Source of the DNA: Sphingobacteriaceae bacterium
GTDB lineage: Bacteria > Bacteroidota > Bacteroidia > Sphingobacteriales > Sphingobacteriaceae
Length of the DNA: 64,000 nt
Assembly (NCBI GenBank): GCA_019751895.1
Contig: JAIEMU010000140.1
Span: forward strand, 1,819-65,818
Reading direction: 5' to 3'
The notes under the pieces: model-generated
What the model saw: the letters and a program-made list of their open reading frames with translations, nothing else
The model's database searches: none
What the model was told of the DNA's origin: nothing
In this document: positions 19,077 through 29,621 of the stretch, piece by piece
Layout of the letters: each line of letters starts with the position of its first letter
How positions within the stretch are numbered: position 1 is the first letter of the stretch
Position numbers and translations under genes: made by a program

Positions 19077-20885
19077 ATGCAAAAAATTAGAAACATAGCT
19101 ATTATAGCTCACGTTGACCACGGTAAAACTACTTTGGTTGATAAAATTTTACACTCTTGTTCTATTTTTCGTGACAACGAAAAAACAGGAGATTTGATAT
19201 TAGACAACAACGATTTAGAGCGTGAACGTGGAATTACGATTGTTTCTAAAAACGTGTCGGTACAATACAAAGATGTAAAAATCAACATTATTGACACCCC
19301 TGGTCACGCCGATTTTGGTGGTGAAGTGGAACGTGTATTGAAAATGGCAGATGGCGTATTGTTGTTGTGTGATGCCTTTGAGGGAGCGATGCCACAAACT
19401 CGTTTTGTGACGCAAAAAGCACTTTCATTAGGGCTGAAGCCGATTGTAGTTGTAAACAAAGTTGACAAAGAAAACTGTCGCCCAGAGGAAGTTTATGAAC
19501 AAATTTTCGAATTGTTTTTCAACCTTGAAGCAACCGAAGATCAATTAGATTTCCCAGTAATCTATGGTTCATCAAAACAAGGATGGATGAGCACCGATTG
19601 GAAAGTACCTACAACCGACATTTTTGCCTTGTTGGATGCTGTAGTAAAAAATATTCCAGCGCCACCGATGTTGGAAGGAACACTACAAATGCAAATCACC
19701 TCTTTAGATTATTCTTCTTTTGTAGGTCGTATTGCCGTTGGACGTGTACACCGTGGTACCATCAAAGAAAACCAACCCGTTACCTTAATCAAGCGTGATG
19801 GTAAAATGGTGAAATCGAGAGTAAAAGAATTATATGTTTTCGAAGGTTTAGGTAAAATTCGTACTACGGAAGTAAAATCAGGAGATATTTGTGCGGTGGT
19901 AGGTATCGAAGGTTTTGATATTGGCGATACCATCGCTGATTTTGATGCCCCAGAGCAATTACCAGTTATCAAAATTGATGAGCCTACGATGAACATGTTG
20001 TTCACCATCAACAACTCACCATTTTTTGGTAAAGAAGGTAAATTTGTAACCTCTCAACGTATTAAAGAACGTTTGTACAAAGAGATGGAGAAAAATCTAG
20101 CTTTAAAAGTAGTAGAAACCGAATCTCCAGATGCATATTTGGTTTACGGACGTGGAATTCTCCATTTATCGGTATTGATAGAAACCATGCGTCGTGAAGG
20201 ATATGAATTGCAGGTTGGGCAACCACAGGTAATTGTAAAAGAAATTGACGGCAAGAAATGTGAGCCAGTTGAAACTTTAATTGTGGATGTACCTGGTGAT
20301 GTAGCAGGAAAAGTAATCGAATTGGTTACTCAACGCAAAGGCGAATTGTTAATCATGGAACCAAAAGGAGATTTACAACACTTAGAATTTGAAATCCCTG
20401 CTCGTGGTATTATCGGATTGCGTAATAACGTATTGACCGCAACTGCCGGAGAAGCCATTATGGCGCATCGTTTCAAAGCGTATGAGCCTTGGAAAGGAGT
20501 AATTCCAGGACGTTTGAATGGTGTATTGGTATCGATGGAAAAAGGACAAACGACGGCTTACTCGATAGATAAATTGCAAGATAGAGGTCGTTTCTTTGTA
20601 GATCCAGGTGTAGATGTTTACGAAGGTCAAATTATGGGAGAGCACATCCGTGATAACGATTTAGTAGTAAACGTGGTGAAAGGTAAAGCCTTAACCAATA
20701 TGCGTGCTTCTGGTACGGACGACAATACTCGTATTGCGCCAGCCATTAAGTTTTCGTTAGAAGAGGCGATGGAATATATCCAAGCCGACGAGTATATCGA
20801 AGTAACGCCGCAAAGTATGCGTTTGCGTAAAATATATTTGAACGAAAATGAACGTAAAATCAATGCAAAAAGATTTCAATCGTAA
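19077..20885 (+). CDS. typA: Translational GTPase TypA/BipA
   Basis: [24 protein letters not shown] and C-terminal EVTP motifs. Confidence 0.98.
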   Translation: MQKIRNIAIIAHVDHGKTTLVDKILHSCSIFRDNEKTGDLILDNNDLERERGITIVSKNVSVQYKDVKINIIDTPGHADFGGEVERVLKMADGVLLLCDAFEGAMPQTRFVTQKALSLGLKPIVVVNKVDKENCRPEEVYEQIFELFFNLEATEDQLDFPVIYGSSKQGWMSTDWKVPTTDIFALLDAVVKNIPAPPMLEGTLQMQITSLDYSSFVGRIAVGRVHRGTIKENQPVTLIKRDGKMVKSRVKELYVFEGLGKIRTTEVKSGDICAVVGIEGFDIGDTIADFDAPEQLPVIKIDEPTMNMLFTINNSPFFGKEGKFVTSQRIKERLYKEMEKNLALKVVETESPDAYLVYGRGILHLSVLIETMRREGYELQVGQPQVIVKEIDGKKCEPVETLIVDVPGDVAGKVIELVTQRKGELLIMEPKGDLQHLEFEIPARGIIGLRNNVLTATAGEAIMAHRFKAYEPWKGVIPGRLNGVLVSMEKGQTTAYSIDKLQDRGRFFVDPGVDVYEGQIMGEHIRDNDLVVNVVKGKALTNMRASGTDDNTRIAPAIKFSLEEAMEYIQADEYIEVTPQSMRLRKIYLNENERKINAKRFQS

Positions 20886-20909
20886 TTAAATTGAAATTTA
20901 ATATACTGA

Positions 20910-20941
20910 AAGCCTGTAAGTTTCTGCTTACAGGCTTTTTT
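20910..20941 (+). terminator. Intrinsic terminator after typA
   Basis: AAAGCCTGTAAG-TTTCTG-CTTACAGGCTTTTT. Confidence 0.85.
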
Positions 20942-21041
20942 GTTTACAAAGTGAAATTGTATTTTCACAATTGTATAGTTGATGCTATATTTTGTATTTT
21001 TGTAATCTCATACCTTATACATTCAATTAAATTAGTTTATT

Positions 21042-21263
21042 ATGGGCGTAATAAATATCAAAGCATACACTGCCGACACCATGCAAATTGATGCAATAAA
21101 AGCATTTATGAAGGCATTAAAAATCAAATTTGAAGTTTCTAAAGAAACTGAAAAACCCTATAATGAAGAATTTGTAAAAAAAATAAAGCAAGGTGATAAA
21201 GAGTTTGCAGAAGGAAAAGGAATAAAAATGTCTGTTTCCGAATTTAAGGCTTTATGCAAATAG
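21042..21263 (+). CDS. Putative antitoxin (DUF2683-like)
   Basis: AIKAFMKALKIKFE...PYNEEFVKKI; overlaps the downstream Txe/YoeB gene. Confidence 0.75.
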   Translation: MGVINIKAYTADTMQIDAIKAFMKALKIKFEVSKETEKPYNEEFVKKIKQGDKEFAEGKGIKMSVSEFKALCK

Positions 21264-21514
21264 AACTTACTGCTGAAGCACAAGCTCATCTTGTTTATTG
21301 GAAAAAAATAGGCAACAAATCAATTTTGAATAAAATTGAAAAGCTTACGGACGCTATTTTAGAAAACCCATTTACGGGAATCGGCAAACCCGAAGCTTTA
21401 AAACATGAACTCGCTCCAAAATGGTCAAGACGAATTAATGGAGAACATCGCTATGTATATTTAGCTACGGAACAGACACTCTTTGTATATTCGCTCAAAG
21501 GTCATTACGCGTAA
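21254..21514 (+). CDS. yoeB: Txe/YoeB family toxin
   Basis: PFTGIGKPEALKH...WSRRI..EHR...SLKGHY. Confidence 0.92.
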   Translation: MQIELTAEAQAHLVYWKKIGNKSILNKIEKLTDAILENPFTGIGKPEALKHELAPKWSRRINGEHRYVYLATEQTLFVYSLKGHYA

Positions 21515-21618
21515 AATAAAAGCTAGTTTTTTATAGCATTACTTTCATTTTTACATTCAAATGCAAAAAAAAAGGCATTTTGCGCTATATTTGCAATCTA
21601 TTTGAATCATAGACCGCC

Positions 21619-22395
21619 ATGAAAGAGAGATTAGAAAAAATACAAGAAGCGATAGCGCCCCTACAGCAACAAATTGTTAACCATAAAGTTTATGGAGCTA
21701 TTCATACTTTAGCCGATTTGAGGGTGTTTATGGAGCACCATGTTTTTGCCGTGTGGGATTTTATGTCCTTGCTAAAAGCATTACAAAACAATCTTACTTG
21801 CACACAAGTGCCTTGGTTTCCAGTAGGAACGGCAGATACCCGATATTTGATAAACGAAATTGTGACGGGAGAGGAAAGCGATGTGGATGCTTTCGGCGTT
21901 CGTAAAAGTCACTTTGAACTGTACTTGGAAGCGATGCAACAATGCGGCGCCAACACAAAGCCAATTGAAATTTTTGTGGAAGAACTAAAAAAAGGAAATA
22001 ATTTTGCACAAGCCTATCAACAATCCAACACACCACAAGCGGCAAGAGATTTTGTAGATTTTACTTTTCATACAATTGATAGTCAAAAAAATCATTTACA
22101 ATCGGCTGTTTTTACCTTTGGCAGAGAGGATTTGATTCCGAGTATGTTTTTTTCTATCGTAAACGATATTCACCAAAATTTTCCAGACCAAGTTTCCATC
22201 TTTAAGTATTATTTGGAGCGACATATAGAAGTAGATGGCGATCACCATAGTAATTTAGCTTTAGAAATGACCGCCAAATTATGCGGAGATGACGAACACT
22301 TATGGAAAGAAGCTGAGCAAGCTAGTTTACTATCTTTGCAAAAGAGAATTGACTTGTGGGACGGTGCTTATGCAGCCCTACAGGCTAAAAAATAA
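21619..22395 (+). CDS. DUF3050 heme-oxygenase-like fold protein
   Basis: FMEHHVFAVWDFMSLLK, EESD, SHFELY and YLERHIEVDGDHH motifs. Confidence 0.85.
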   Translation: MKERLEKIQEAIAPLQQQIVNHKVYGAIHTLADLRVFMEHHVFAVWDFMSLLKALQNNLTCTQVPWFPVGTADTRYLINEIVTGEESDVDAFGVRKSHFELYLEAMQQCGANTKPIEIFVEELKKGNNFAQAYQQSNTPQAARDFVDFTFHTIDSQKNHLQSAVFTFGREDLIPSMFFSIVNDIHQNFPDQVSIFKYYLERHIEVDGDHHSNLALEMTAKLCGDDEHLWKEAEQASLLSLQKRIDLWDGAYAALQAKK

Positions 22396-22424
22396 TATTA
22401 TAGAAAACTTAAAAAACGCAAAAC

Positions 22425-22667
22425 ATGGCCGTACTACACAAAAAAGAAGAAAAATTAGCTGCAGTATTGGCTAATATGCCTAAAAAATACACTGACGAAC
22501 AATTTGTAGCGCAGTTTATAAAACAATATTCTAAAGACTGGGGCAAAATAAAATCTGCCTACATCAAACAATCTCAAGATAAAGAGCCAGGCACCATCAT
22601 CAACATGCCTAAACCTGAGGTATATTTAATTCAAATGCTTGCACTTTATATACAAAGTAAAGGTTAG
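22425..22667 (+). CDS. Hypothetical protein
   Basis: 80-aa ORF with an A-rich start context, co-oriented with DUF3050. Confidence 0.65.
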   Translation: MAVLHKKEEKLAAVLANMPKKYTDEQFVAQFIKQYSKDWGKIKSAYIKQSQDKEPGTIINMPKPEVYLIQMLALYIQSKG

Positions 22668-22693
22668 TTTTTCGTTTTAGGATGAATGGATGG

Positions 22694-23007
22694 AACACGG
22701 ATAAAACGGGTTTTACACCGATAAATTTCACGCCGATTTCGCTGATGTACGCAGAAAGATATTATTCTTTTTGACCTCCTGAGGCACGAAGAATCTAAAA
22801 AAATAAAGCGATTAGATTCCTCGCTTTGCTCGGAATGACAAAAGGGAAAAGTTTTTTTTAACACACTTTGTCATCCTGAGGAACGAAGGATCTAAACGAA
22901 GAAGGAACACGGATTGTACGGAAAAAACGGATGTTCACGGATTTCCTTCCTTTTTGACCTCCTGAGGCACGAAGAATCTAAACGAAAGCATTTTATTTCA
23001 CGCCGAA
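22694..23007. repeat. Left cluster of REP-like repeats
   Basis: TTTG(AC/TC)(C/A)TCCTGAGG(C/A)ACGAAG(A/G)ATCTAA units at about 22770, 22867 and 22953; an inverted unit at 22812-22842; CACGGAT-type units at about 22694 and 22906-22944. Confidence 0.85.
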
Positions 23008-23127
23008 AATTACTCTGATTTGATTCGGGCTTTTTAAAAAGTCAATCCTTAGTTTTACTTATTTTTATTTTTGTCAAAATATATACATACATTTGAATGT
23101 GTTTTGACATTATATAGCCAGACCAAA

Positions 23128-23586
23128 ATGGGAAAAAAATCTTTACAATTAGCGCAGTTAAACAGCAAAATGCAAGCAATTGCTTCAATAAAAAAAATAA
23201 GTCCTCCGCCTTCAGGTTGGATTAAAGCGTTGCGTAATACTTTGGGGATGACTTTGCAACAATTAGGAAATAAACTGTCGGTTACCAAGCAAAGTGTAGC
23301 CGATTTGGAACGTAGGGAAAAGGAAGGCGCCATCACAATCAAAACATTAAGAGAGGCTGCTAATGCTTTGGAGATGGAACTTGTTTATGGCTTTGTGCCT
23401 AAGCATGGTTCTTTGGAGGCTTTGGTGGACCAAAAAGCCAAGGAGCTAGCCTACAAAATAGTGATGCGTACGGCAAACACGATGAAACTAGAAGATCAAG
23501 AAAACTCTAAAAAGAGAATTGAAGCTGCGATTAAAGAAAAAACAGTAGAAATTAGAAGAGAAATGCCGAAATTTTTATGGGATTAA
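23128..23586 (+). CDS. Mobile mystery protein A (Xre HTH)
   Basis: PPSGWIKALR..LGMT..QLG...E.RE.EG.ITI.TL...A.AL...LVYG...TM.LEDQ...LWD; start MGKKSLQ at 23128. Confidence 0.88.
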   Translation: MGKKSLQLAQLNSKMQAIASIKKISPPPSGWIKALRNTLGMTLQQLGNKLSVTKQSVADLERREKEGAITIKTLREAANALEMELVYGFVPKHGSLEALVDQKAKELAYKIVMRTANTMKLEDQENSKKRIEAAIKEKTVEIRREMPKFLWD

Positions 23587-24167
23587 ACTTCGATTACATA
23601 GATGGACAAACGCCACTAGACGAACAATAGAGCGAGGGACTACTTATTCATTCTATCGCTACAAGAGCCGAGTTGGATGAGTTTGAGCAACAAAATATTG
23701 AACAGGCCATTCAATGGTCTATTGCACGCAATTTTAAATCGGAATTGGTTTTTACAGAAGCTTTTGTTCTTCTGCTACATAAACGAATGTATGCCGATGT
23801 TTGGGCTTGGGCGGGAAAGTTTCGTAGGTCTAATAAAAATATTGGCGTAGCGCATTATCGAATAGCAACAGACCTTAAACAGCTTTTAGATGATGTAACT
23901 TATTGGCATATAAACAAAACATATACTGCTGATGAAATTGCGATAAGGTTAAAACATCGCATTGTAAGCATTCACTGTTTTGCAAATGGAAGGCACAGTC
24001 GTTTATTGGCCGATATTGTGATAGACAAAATATACAAGCAACCTGTTTTTAGTTGGGGCGCAACAAATCTTTCGAACGATGGAAAGGCAAGAGAAAAATA
24101 TCTTAAAGCCGTGAAAGATGCTGATAAAGGCGATTATAGGCTTTTAATTGCTTTTGCGAGGTCTTAA
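23577..24167 (+). pseudogene. Mobile mystery protein B (Fic/DOC family), disrupted
   Basis: MGLNFDYIDGQTPLDEQ*SEGL: in-frame TAG at 23628-23630; the Fic motif reads HCFANGRHSR, missing one NG of HxFxNGNGR. Confidence 0.85.
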
Positions 24168-24404
24168 AAAAACAAAGCGATTAGATTCCTCGCTTTGCTC
24201 GGAATGACAAAAGGAAAAGTTTTTTTAAACGAACTTTGACCTCCTGAGGCACGAAAAATCTAATCGGATATAGGTTGTGTTTTCCTAAAATTGTGCACAT
24301 AATTTGTTTTATTCATTTTGACCTCCTGAGGAACGAAGGATCTAAACGCATATAGATTTGAGACATAACCTTAATCTGCGAGCATCAGCGAAATCTGCGT
24401 GAAA
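24162..24404. repeat. Right cluster of REP-like repeats
   Basis: About 100-bp direct copy of 22794-22895, another unit at 24317-24348, and a 30-bp inverted copy (24375-24404) of 22726-22755. Confidence 0.85.
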
Positions 24405-24772
24405 CCTATTTCAGGACAAGACATTCCGAACGAGGGTGTAGCGAGAAGGACGTTTCTAACGCCTTCTTATTCTTGCTAAATTCCCCTAATTGGAGTAAAC
24501 CTAGCCGCAAATACATTAGCTCCACTCCCCGTTGCAACAGCGTATCACCCCACCTATACGCCGATTTTTGCAAATAGATTTCTATTTTTTTGTTAATATG
24601 TAAAAATTTAACAAAAGATAAATATTTAATAAACAATATTTTAATCACTAAAAAAGCACACTGTGAAACCTTGCTTGTTAAAAATTGTAAAAAAAAATTT
24701 GCTTTTTGTAACAAGAAGATTACATTTGAAATTAATTAACTATTAACTAACAATTAACAAATCAACAAATTT

Positions 24773-27700
24773 ATGAAAAAACTTATATTAAGTTTGTTCA
24801 CGATGGTTATGATTACTGTAAGCGCTTTCGCACAAGATCGTGTCATTACAGGGGTAGTAACCTCAAGTGAAGACGGGCAGCCAATACCAGGTGCCTCAGT
24901 AAAAGTGAAGGGAATTGCCAACCTTGGTGTTACCACCGATGGAAATGGTAAATTTACTTTAACCGTTCCTGAAAAAGGAAAAGCATTAGAAATCTCTTAT
25001 TTAGGATATGCTAATTCAACAGTATCTATCGCCAGCACTACTAATGTAAAAGTTGTTTTAACTTCCGATTCTAAATCTTTAGATGAGGTGGTAATAACGG
25101 CGGGTGGTATTGTTCGTAACAAAAAAGAACAAGGATATGCCTCTACTAAGGTAAGTGCAGAAACTTTAAATGCAGGTAGAGCAACCACTGTTGCAAGTGG
25201 CTTAACAGGAAAAATAGCAGGTTTACAAATTAATCAAGTAGGAAGCGGTGTAAATCCTGATTTTAGAATTGTTTTTAGAGGGAACAGATCTCTTTCAGGA
25301 AATAACCAAGCATTGATTGTAATAGATAATGTTATTTCAACAAGTGAAGTTTTTGCTACATTGAATCCAGAAGATATAGAAGATATAACGGCATTAAACA
25401 GTTCTAGTGGTGCAGCATTATATGGTTCTCAGGCATCTAATGGAGCGTTGTTAGTTACCACTAAAAAAGGGAAAAAAGGCTCTGCACCTACGATTAAAAT
25501 AGCAAATACCTACGCCTTGGAGCAAGTAAGTTTTAATCCAAAAATGCAAAATAAATTTGGAGCAGGAACAGCGCCAAATACAGGAAATAATCAACTTTAC
25601 GAACCGTATGAAAACCAATCTTTTGGACCAGCTTTTGATGGTTCAGATCGTAATGTAGGAAGAGTTTTTGCTGATGGAACTTATCAAGTTTTAAAATATT
25701 CAGCGGTAGATGATAAATTCAAGTTCTGGGAAACAGGTAAATCTAATCAAACCGATTTTTCAATTTCAAGTGGAGATGAAAACTCAACGATGTTTTTATC
25801 GGGACAATATTTAGATGGGACAGGGATTACACCAAAGGATACCTATAATAGGTTGACTACGAGAATGAGTGGAACTAGAAAATTTACTGATAAATTTTCA
25901 ACATCTTACTCTCTTTCTTATGTTGAAAATAAAAGAGATGTATTATCTGTTGGATTTGGTACTGGAAACAATACCAATTCAAGCAACAGTGGAGTTTCTA
26001 CACTATATCAGTATATACTGGGTACACCTGCCAATATTCCGTTATTAAGTTATAAAAATTGGGAAACTGATATTTATGCAAACCCAAATGGATATTTTAA
26101 TGATTATGACGGAAACCCATATTGGTTAATTGATAATTCAAGAGCTAAAATAGCCAACAACTTATTTGCGGGGTCTATTGAATTTAAATATAAAGTTATT
26201 AAGGATTTAGATTTAACCTATAGAGCGGGTATAAATAAGTTTACTTTAACAGGAAAAAGTAGAGAAAGAGGTTTTACTTATACGGACTATGCAAAAACAA
26301 TTAGTGGAGGAAACAGAAAGGATTTGGCTAGTTCAATTGCTGAATTTGAGACAACTACAGGTCAATTTGTTACGGATTTTATTGCAAATTATAAAAAAGA
26401 TATTAAAGATTTCAGTATAAATTTAATTGGCGGAGCTAATTTGAAAACATTTAATTCAAAAACAGTATCAGCAAATGGTACTGCATTGCAAATAGATGAG
26501 TTATACAATTTGTCTAACATTACAGGAAAACCCGATGCTACCGAAAGAAATACCTTGACACGCGATGGAGGGGTGTATTTGGATGCAACTTTTGGTTTTA
26601 AAAAGTATCTTTACTTGCACTTGACAGCAAGAAATGACTGGGATTCTCGTTTAGAAAAACAAAATAGATCTGTTTTTTATCCTGCGGCAGATATGTCTTT
26701 TGTAGCTACGGATGCTTTCCCAGTATTAAAAACAAAAGAATACTTAACGTACTTAAAATTAAGAGCTAGCTATTCAAAAGTAGGTTTAGTGAATTTGGAT
26801 CCATATCAAACTAGCCCGGTGTTTAACTCGGTAACAGGTTTTACGAGTGGTACATTCTATTCTCAAAGTGCTAACTTGGTATCTAATGACTTAAGACCAG
26901 AGATTACTACTGGAATTGAGTTTGGTGCTGATTTTAGATTGTATAAAGATATCGTAGAGGGTTCATTCACGTATTATAAATCTAAATCAGTAGATCAAGT
27001 AATTAGTACGAGCGTTTCGAATTCAACAGGTTTTACTAACTTTTTAACAAATGCAGGTCGTTTGGATAATGAAGGTAAAGAGGTTAAATTATCGGTAAAT
27101 GCAATTAAGACTAAAAATTGGGGATTGACCATTGGAGGAAATTATGCCAATAATGAAAACATCTTAGTAGAGTTATTACCAACGGTAAAAAAAGCGGCAG
27201 TTAATGGAAGTAGTTTGGTTTTTGGTGAAGAAGGAAAACTATTCCCTCAAATCATTGGAACAGATTATGAAAGAGATAGTCAGGGTCGTGTAATTGTAGA
27301 TAGATTAACGGGTAATCCAAAACAGGCAGCAGCAGCTGTAAATTTTGGCAATACTGCTCCTAAACATATTTTAGGTTTAAATCTTGAAGCGAGATGGAAA
27401 GATTTTACAATTTCATCTTTATTCGAATATCGTGGAGGCTATGTACATTATAATTCATCTTCATTTACGTTTGATAGAACAGGTTCTACAGCTCGTTCAG
27501 CATATTACAATAGAGAACGTTTTGTGATGCCTAATTCATCTTATTTAGATCCTGTTTCGGGCGAGTATAAAGAGAATACAAACATCACGGTATCGGACGG
27601 AGGAGCTGGTTTTTGGGCAACTAGTGCTCTTGTAGGTGTAAATAGCAATGGCGTATATTCGGGTAGTTATTGGAAGTGGAGAGAGCTATCTTTTTCTTAC

Positions 27701-27916
27701 AATTTGCCTAGTAAATTGCTTAAGAAAATGGGTGTAATTAAAAGTGCCAAGTTTAGTGCACAAGGTAGAAACTTATTATTATGGACACCAGCATCTAACG
27801 AGTTTTCAGATCCTGATTTTAGTGCGAATGGTACCAATAATGCTCTTGGTGTAGTAAACACAACAATAACTCCCCCTAGTAGATATTTTGGAGGAACAAT
27901 ATCACTTACATTTTAA
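24773..27916 (+). CDS. susC: SusC/RagA TonB-dependent outer membrane transporter
   Basis: Signal peptide, N-terminal extension, LNPEDIE...AALYGSQASNGALLVTTKKG plug motif, C-terminal Phe. Confidence 0.95.
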   Translation: MKKLILSLFTMVMITVSAFAQDRVITGVVTSSEDGQPIPGASVKVKGIANLGVTTDGNGKFTLTVPEKGKALEISYLGYANSTVSIASTTNVKVVLTSDSKSLDEVVITAGGIVRNKKEQGYASTKVSAETLNAGRATTVASGLTGKIAGLQINQVGSGVNPDFRIVFRGNRSLSGNNQALIVIDNVISTSEVFATLNPEDIEDITALNSSSGAALYGSQASNGALLVTTKKGKKGSAPTIKIANTYALEQVSFNPKMQNKFGAGTAPNTGNNQLYEPYENQSFGPAFDGSDRNVGRVFADGTYQVLKYSAVDDKFKFWETGKSNQTDFSISSGDENSTMFLSGQYLDGTGITPKDTYNRLTTRMSGTRKFTDKFSTSYSLSYVENKRDVLSVGFGTGNNTNSSNSGVSTLYQYILGTPANIPLLSYKNWETDIYANPNGYFNDYDGNPYWLIDNSRAKIANNLFAGSIEFKYKVIKDLDLTYRAGINKFTLTGKSRERGFTYTDYAKTISGGNRKDLASSIAEFETTTGQFVTDFIANYKKDIKDFSINLIGGANLKTFNSKTVSANGTALQIDELYNLSNITGKPDATERNTLTRDGGVYLDATFGFKKYLYLHLTARNDWDSRLEKQNRSVFYPAADMSFVATDAFPVLKTKEYLTYLKLRASYSKVGLVNLDPYQTSPVFNSVTGFTSGTFYSQSANLVSNDLRPEITTGIEFGADFRLYKDIVEGSFTYYKSKSVDQVISTSVSNSTGFTNFLTNAGRLDNEGKEVKLSVNAIKTKNWGLTIGGNYANNENILVELLPTVKKAAVNGSSLVFGEEGKLFPQIIGTDYERDSQGRVIVDRLTGNPKQAAAAVNFGNTAPKHILGLNLEARWKDFTISSLFEYRGGYVHYNSSSFTFDRTGSTARSAYYNRERFVMPNSSYLDPVSGEYKENTNITVSDGGAGFWATSALVGVNSNGVYSGSYWKWRELSFSYNLPSKLLKKMGVIKSAKFSAQGRNLLLWTPASNEFSDPDFSANGTNNALGVVNTTITPPSRYFGGTISLTF

Positions 27917-27925
27917 TTCAAAAAA

Positions 27926-29599
27926 ATGAAACACAAATTAAAAATAGCACCAATAATGGTCGCAGCCTTACTTTCTTTCACTTCGTGTAAAAAAGATTAT
28001 TTTGAAATCAATAAAAACCCAAATTTAGCAATAGCAGCACCACCAAAATTGGTTTTTCCTGAGGCGCTTAGATCAACTGCACCACTAATGGTAACGTATC
28101 AAGATTATGGTTCGTGGGTAGTTGGTTATCAGTCAGGAGCCCAAGGTGTATCTTTTTCAGGTACAGTAGGCTATACGCAACAATATACTCATGCTGATTA
28201 CAACACATTGTTCAATAACGCATTTAATAATTTAAAGAATTATCAATATGTGATTAATGCAGCGAAAAGCAATCCAAAAGATGTGCTCTTTTCATCAACT
28301 TCGCGTATAATGAAGTCATTTATTTATCAAATGTTGGTAGATCAGTATGGAGATGTACCTTATACTGATGCTTTACAAGGAAGTAATTTAATTATTCCTA
28401 CTTATGACAAAGCACCAGATATTTATAAATCGTGTATAACAGAAATTAACGAATCAATAGCTTTGCTATTAAAGAATCAAACAAATACTGACGTTAATCC
28501 ATTATCTACTGCTGATATTATGTTTGAAGGAGATATTAGTAAATGGATAAAATTTGCGAATAATATTAAGCTTAGACTTTTGATACGAGCTAAGGATTCT
28601 CCAGAATTGAAAGATTTTGTAACGGCTGAATTTGCTAAATTTCCAACTACAGATGCGTTTTTATTAGAAGACGTTTTGATTAATCCAGGCTATTCTTCAG
28701 CAAGTGATAATATTAATCCAACTTGGAGTACTTATTATGGTACTTTCAATGGTTCAGCTATGGCGGGTATTAGCAGTCAAAGAGTTCCCACTCCATTTAT
28801 ATTAGGATTTTATAATGGGGCTAAATTGAAAGATTTAAGAAGGGGAGCTTTAATTTATAAAAATAGAATAATAAAGGCTGGTGAAGTGGCAGATCCTGCC
28901 CCATTAGTTAATGTTCGACCAGCTTACAGTCAATTAGGTTGGAAAATAGTAGTAAATACACCACAGCAAATAGATGGAACTTTAGATAAAGAGGCTCCTG
29001 CATGGTATACTGGCTCGGGGTCTAAAGCAACCGCAACAGAGGCGCAAGGTATTATTAAAAGTAAATTAGCAGGTCAACCAGTTATGTTAGAATCTGAAAT
29101 ATATTTTTTATTGGCAGAAGCAGCACTTTTAGGCAAGAACTTAAATGGGCTTTCTGATGCGGATAATTTTACCAAAGGTATAGAAGCATCATTTAGATAC
29201 TTATCAAAGTTTGGATCTACTAATGCGGTTAAATCGGGTGAAAATCCAGTAACTGATGCGGCAACATATAAAACAAATAATGCAGGCAACTATTTAGTTG
29301 ATTATTCTTTAGCTAGTTCTACTGAACAAAAATTAGAAGCGATTATTACGCAAAAATATATTGCCCTTAATTTTATACATGGTCATGAGGCTTGGAGTGA
29401 ATTCCGTCGTACAGGTTATCCAAAATCAGATGCATCGACTAATCCAGTTACTAGTTTTAGATCTTTAGAAGGTTTTTCTTCTAGGGCTGACGGTCTTCCT
29501 GTTCGTTTGTTGTATCCTCAAACTGAGATGAATTTAAATTCAAATGCTCCAGTTGGATTGAGTCCGTATAATAACCGTATATTTTGGGATGCCAATTAA
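27926..29599 (+). CDS. susD: SusD/RagB lipoprotein
   Basis: Lipobox FTSC-KKD; YGDVPY, W.KFAN..KLR, IITQKYIA and EAWSEFRRTGYP motifs. Confidence 0.93.
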   Translation: MKHKLKIAPIMVAALLSFTSCKKDYFEINKNPNLAIAAPPKLVFPEALRSTAPLMVTYQDYGSWVVGYQSGAQGVSFSGTVGYTQQYTHADYNTLFNNAFNNLKNYQYVINAAKSNPKDVLFSSTSRIMKSFIYQMLVDQYGDVPYTDALQGSNLIIPTYDKAPDIYKSCITEINESIALLLKNQTNTDVNPLSTADIMFEGDISKWIKFANNIKLRLLIRAKDSPELKDFVTAEFAKFPTTDAFLLEDVLINPGYSSASDNINPTWSTYYGTFNGSAMAGISSQRVPTPFILGFYNGAKLKDLRRGALIYKNRIIKAGEVADPAPLVNVRPAYSQLGWKIVVNTPQQIDGTLDKEAPAWYTGSGSKATATEAQGIIKSKLAGQPVMLESEIYFLLAEAALLGKNLNGLSDADNFTKGIEASFRYLSKFGSTNAVKSGENPVTDAATYKTNNAGNYLVDYSLASSTEQKLEAIITQKYIALNFIHGHEAWSEFRRTGYPKSDASTNPVTSFRSLEGFSSRADGLPVRLLYPQTEMNLNSNAPVGLSPYNNRIFWDAN

Positions 29600-29621
29600 T
29601 TAATTATTTAATATAAAAATC

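Noticed and set aside
22664-22864. ORF-track 66-aa ORF
   Set aside because: It is a translation of the REP-like repeats.
23628-23630. Programmed TAG readthrough or pyrrolysine in the Fic gene
   Set aside because: The same gene has a second lesion in its catalytic motif, and TAG terminates other genes normally.
24406-24714. ORF-track 102-aa minus-strand ORF
   Set aside because: TTG start, crosses the AT-rich susC promoter and has no recognisable motif; the GC-rich part is better explained as a structured element.
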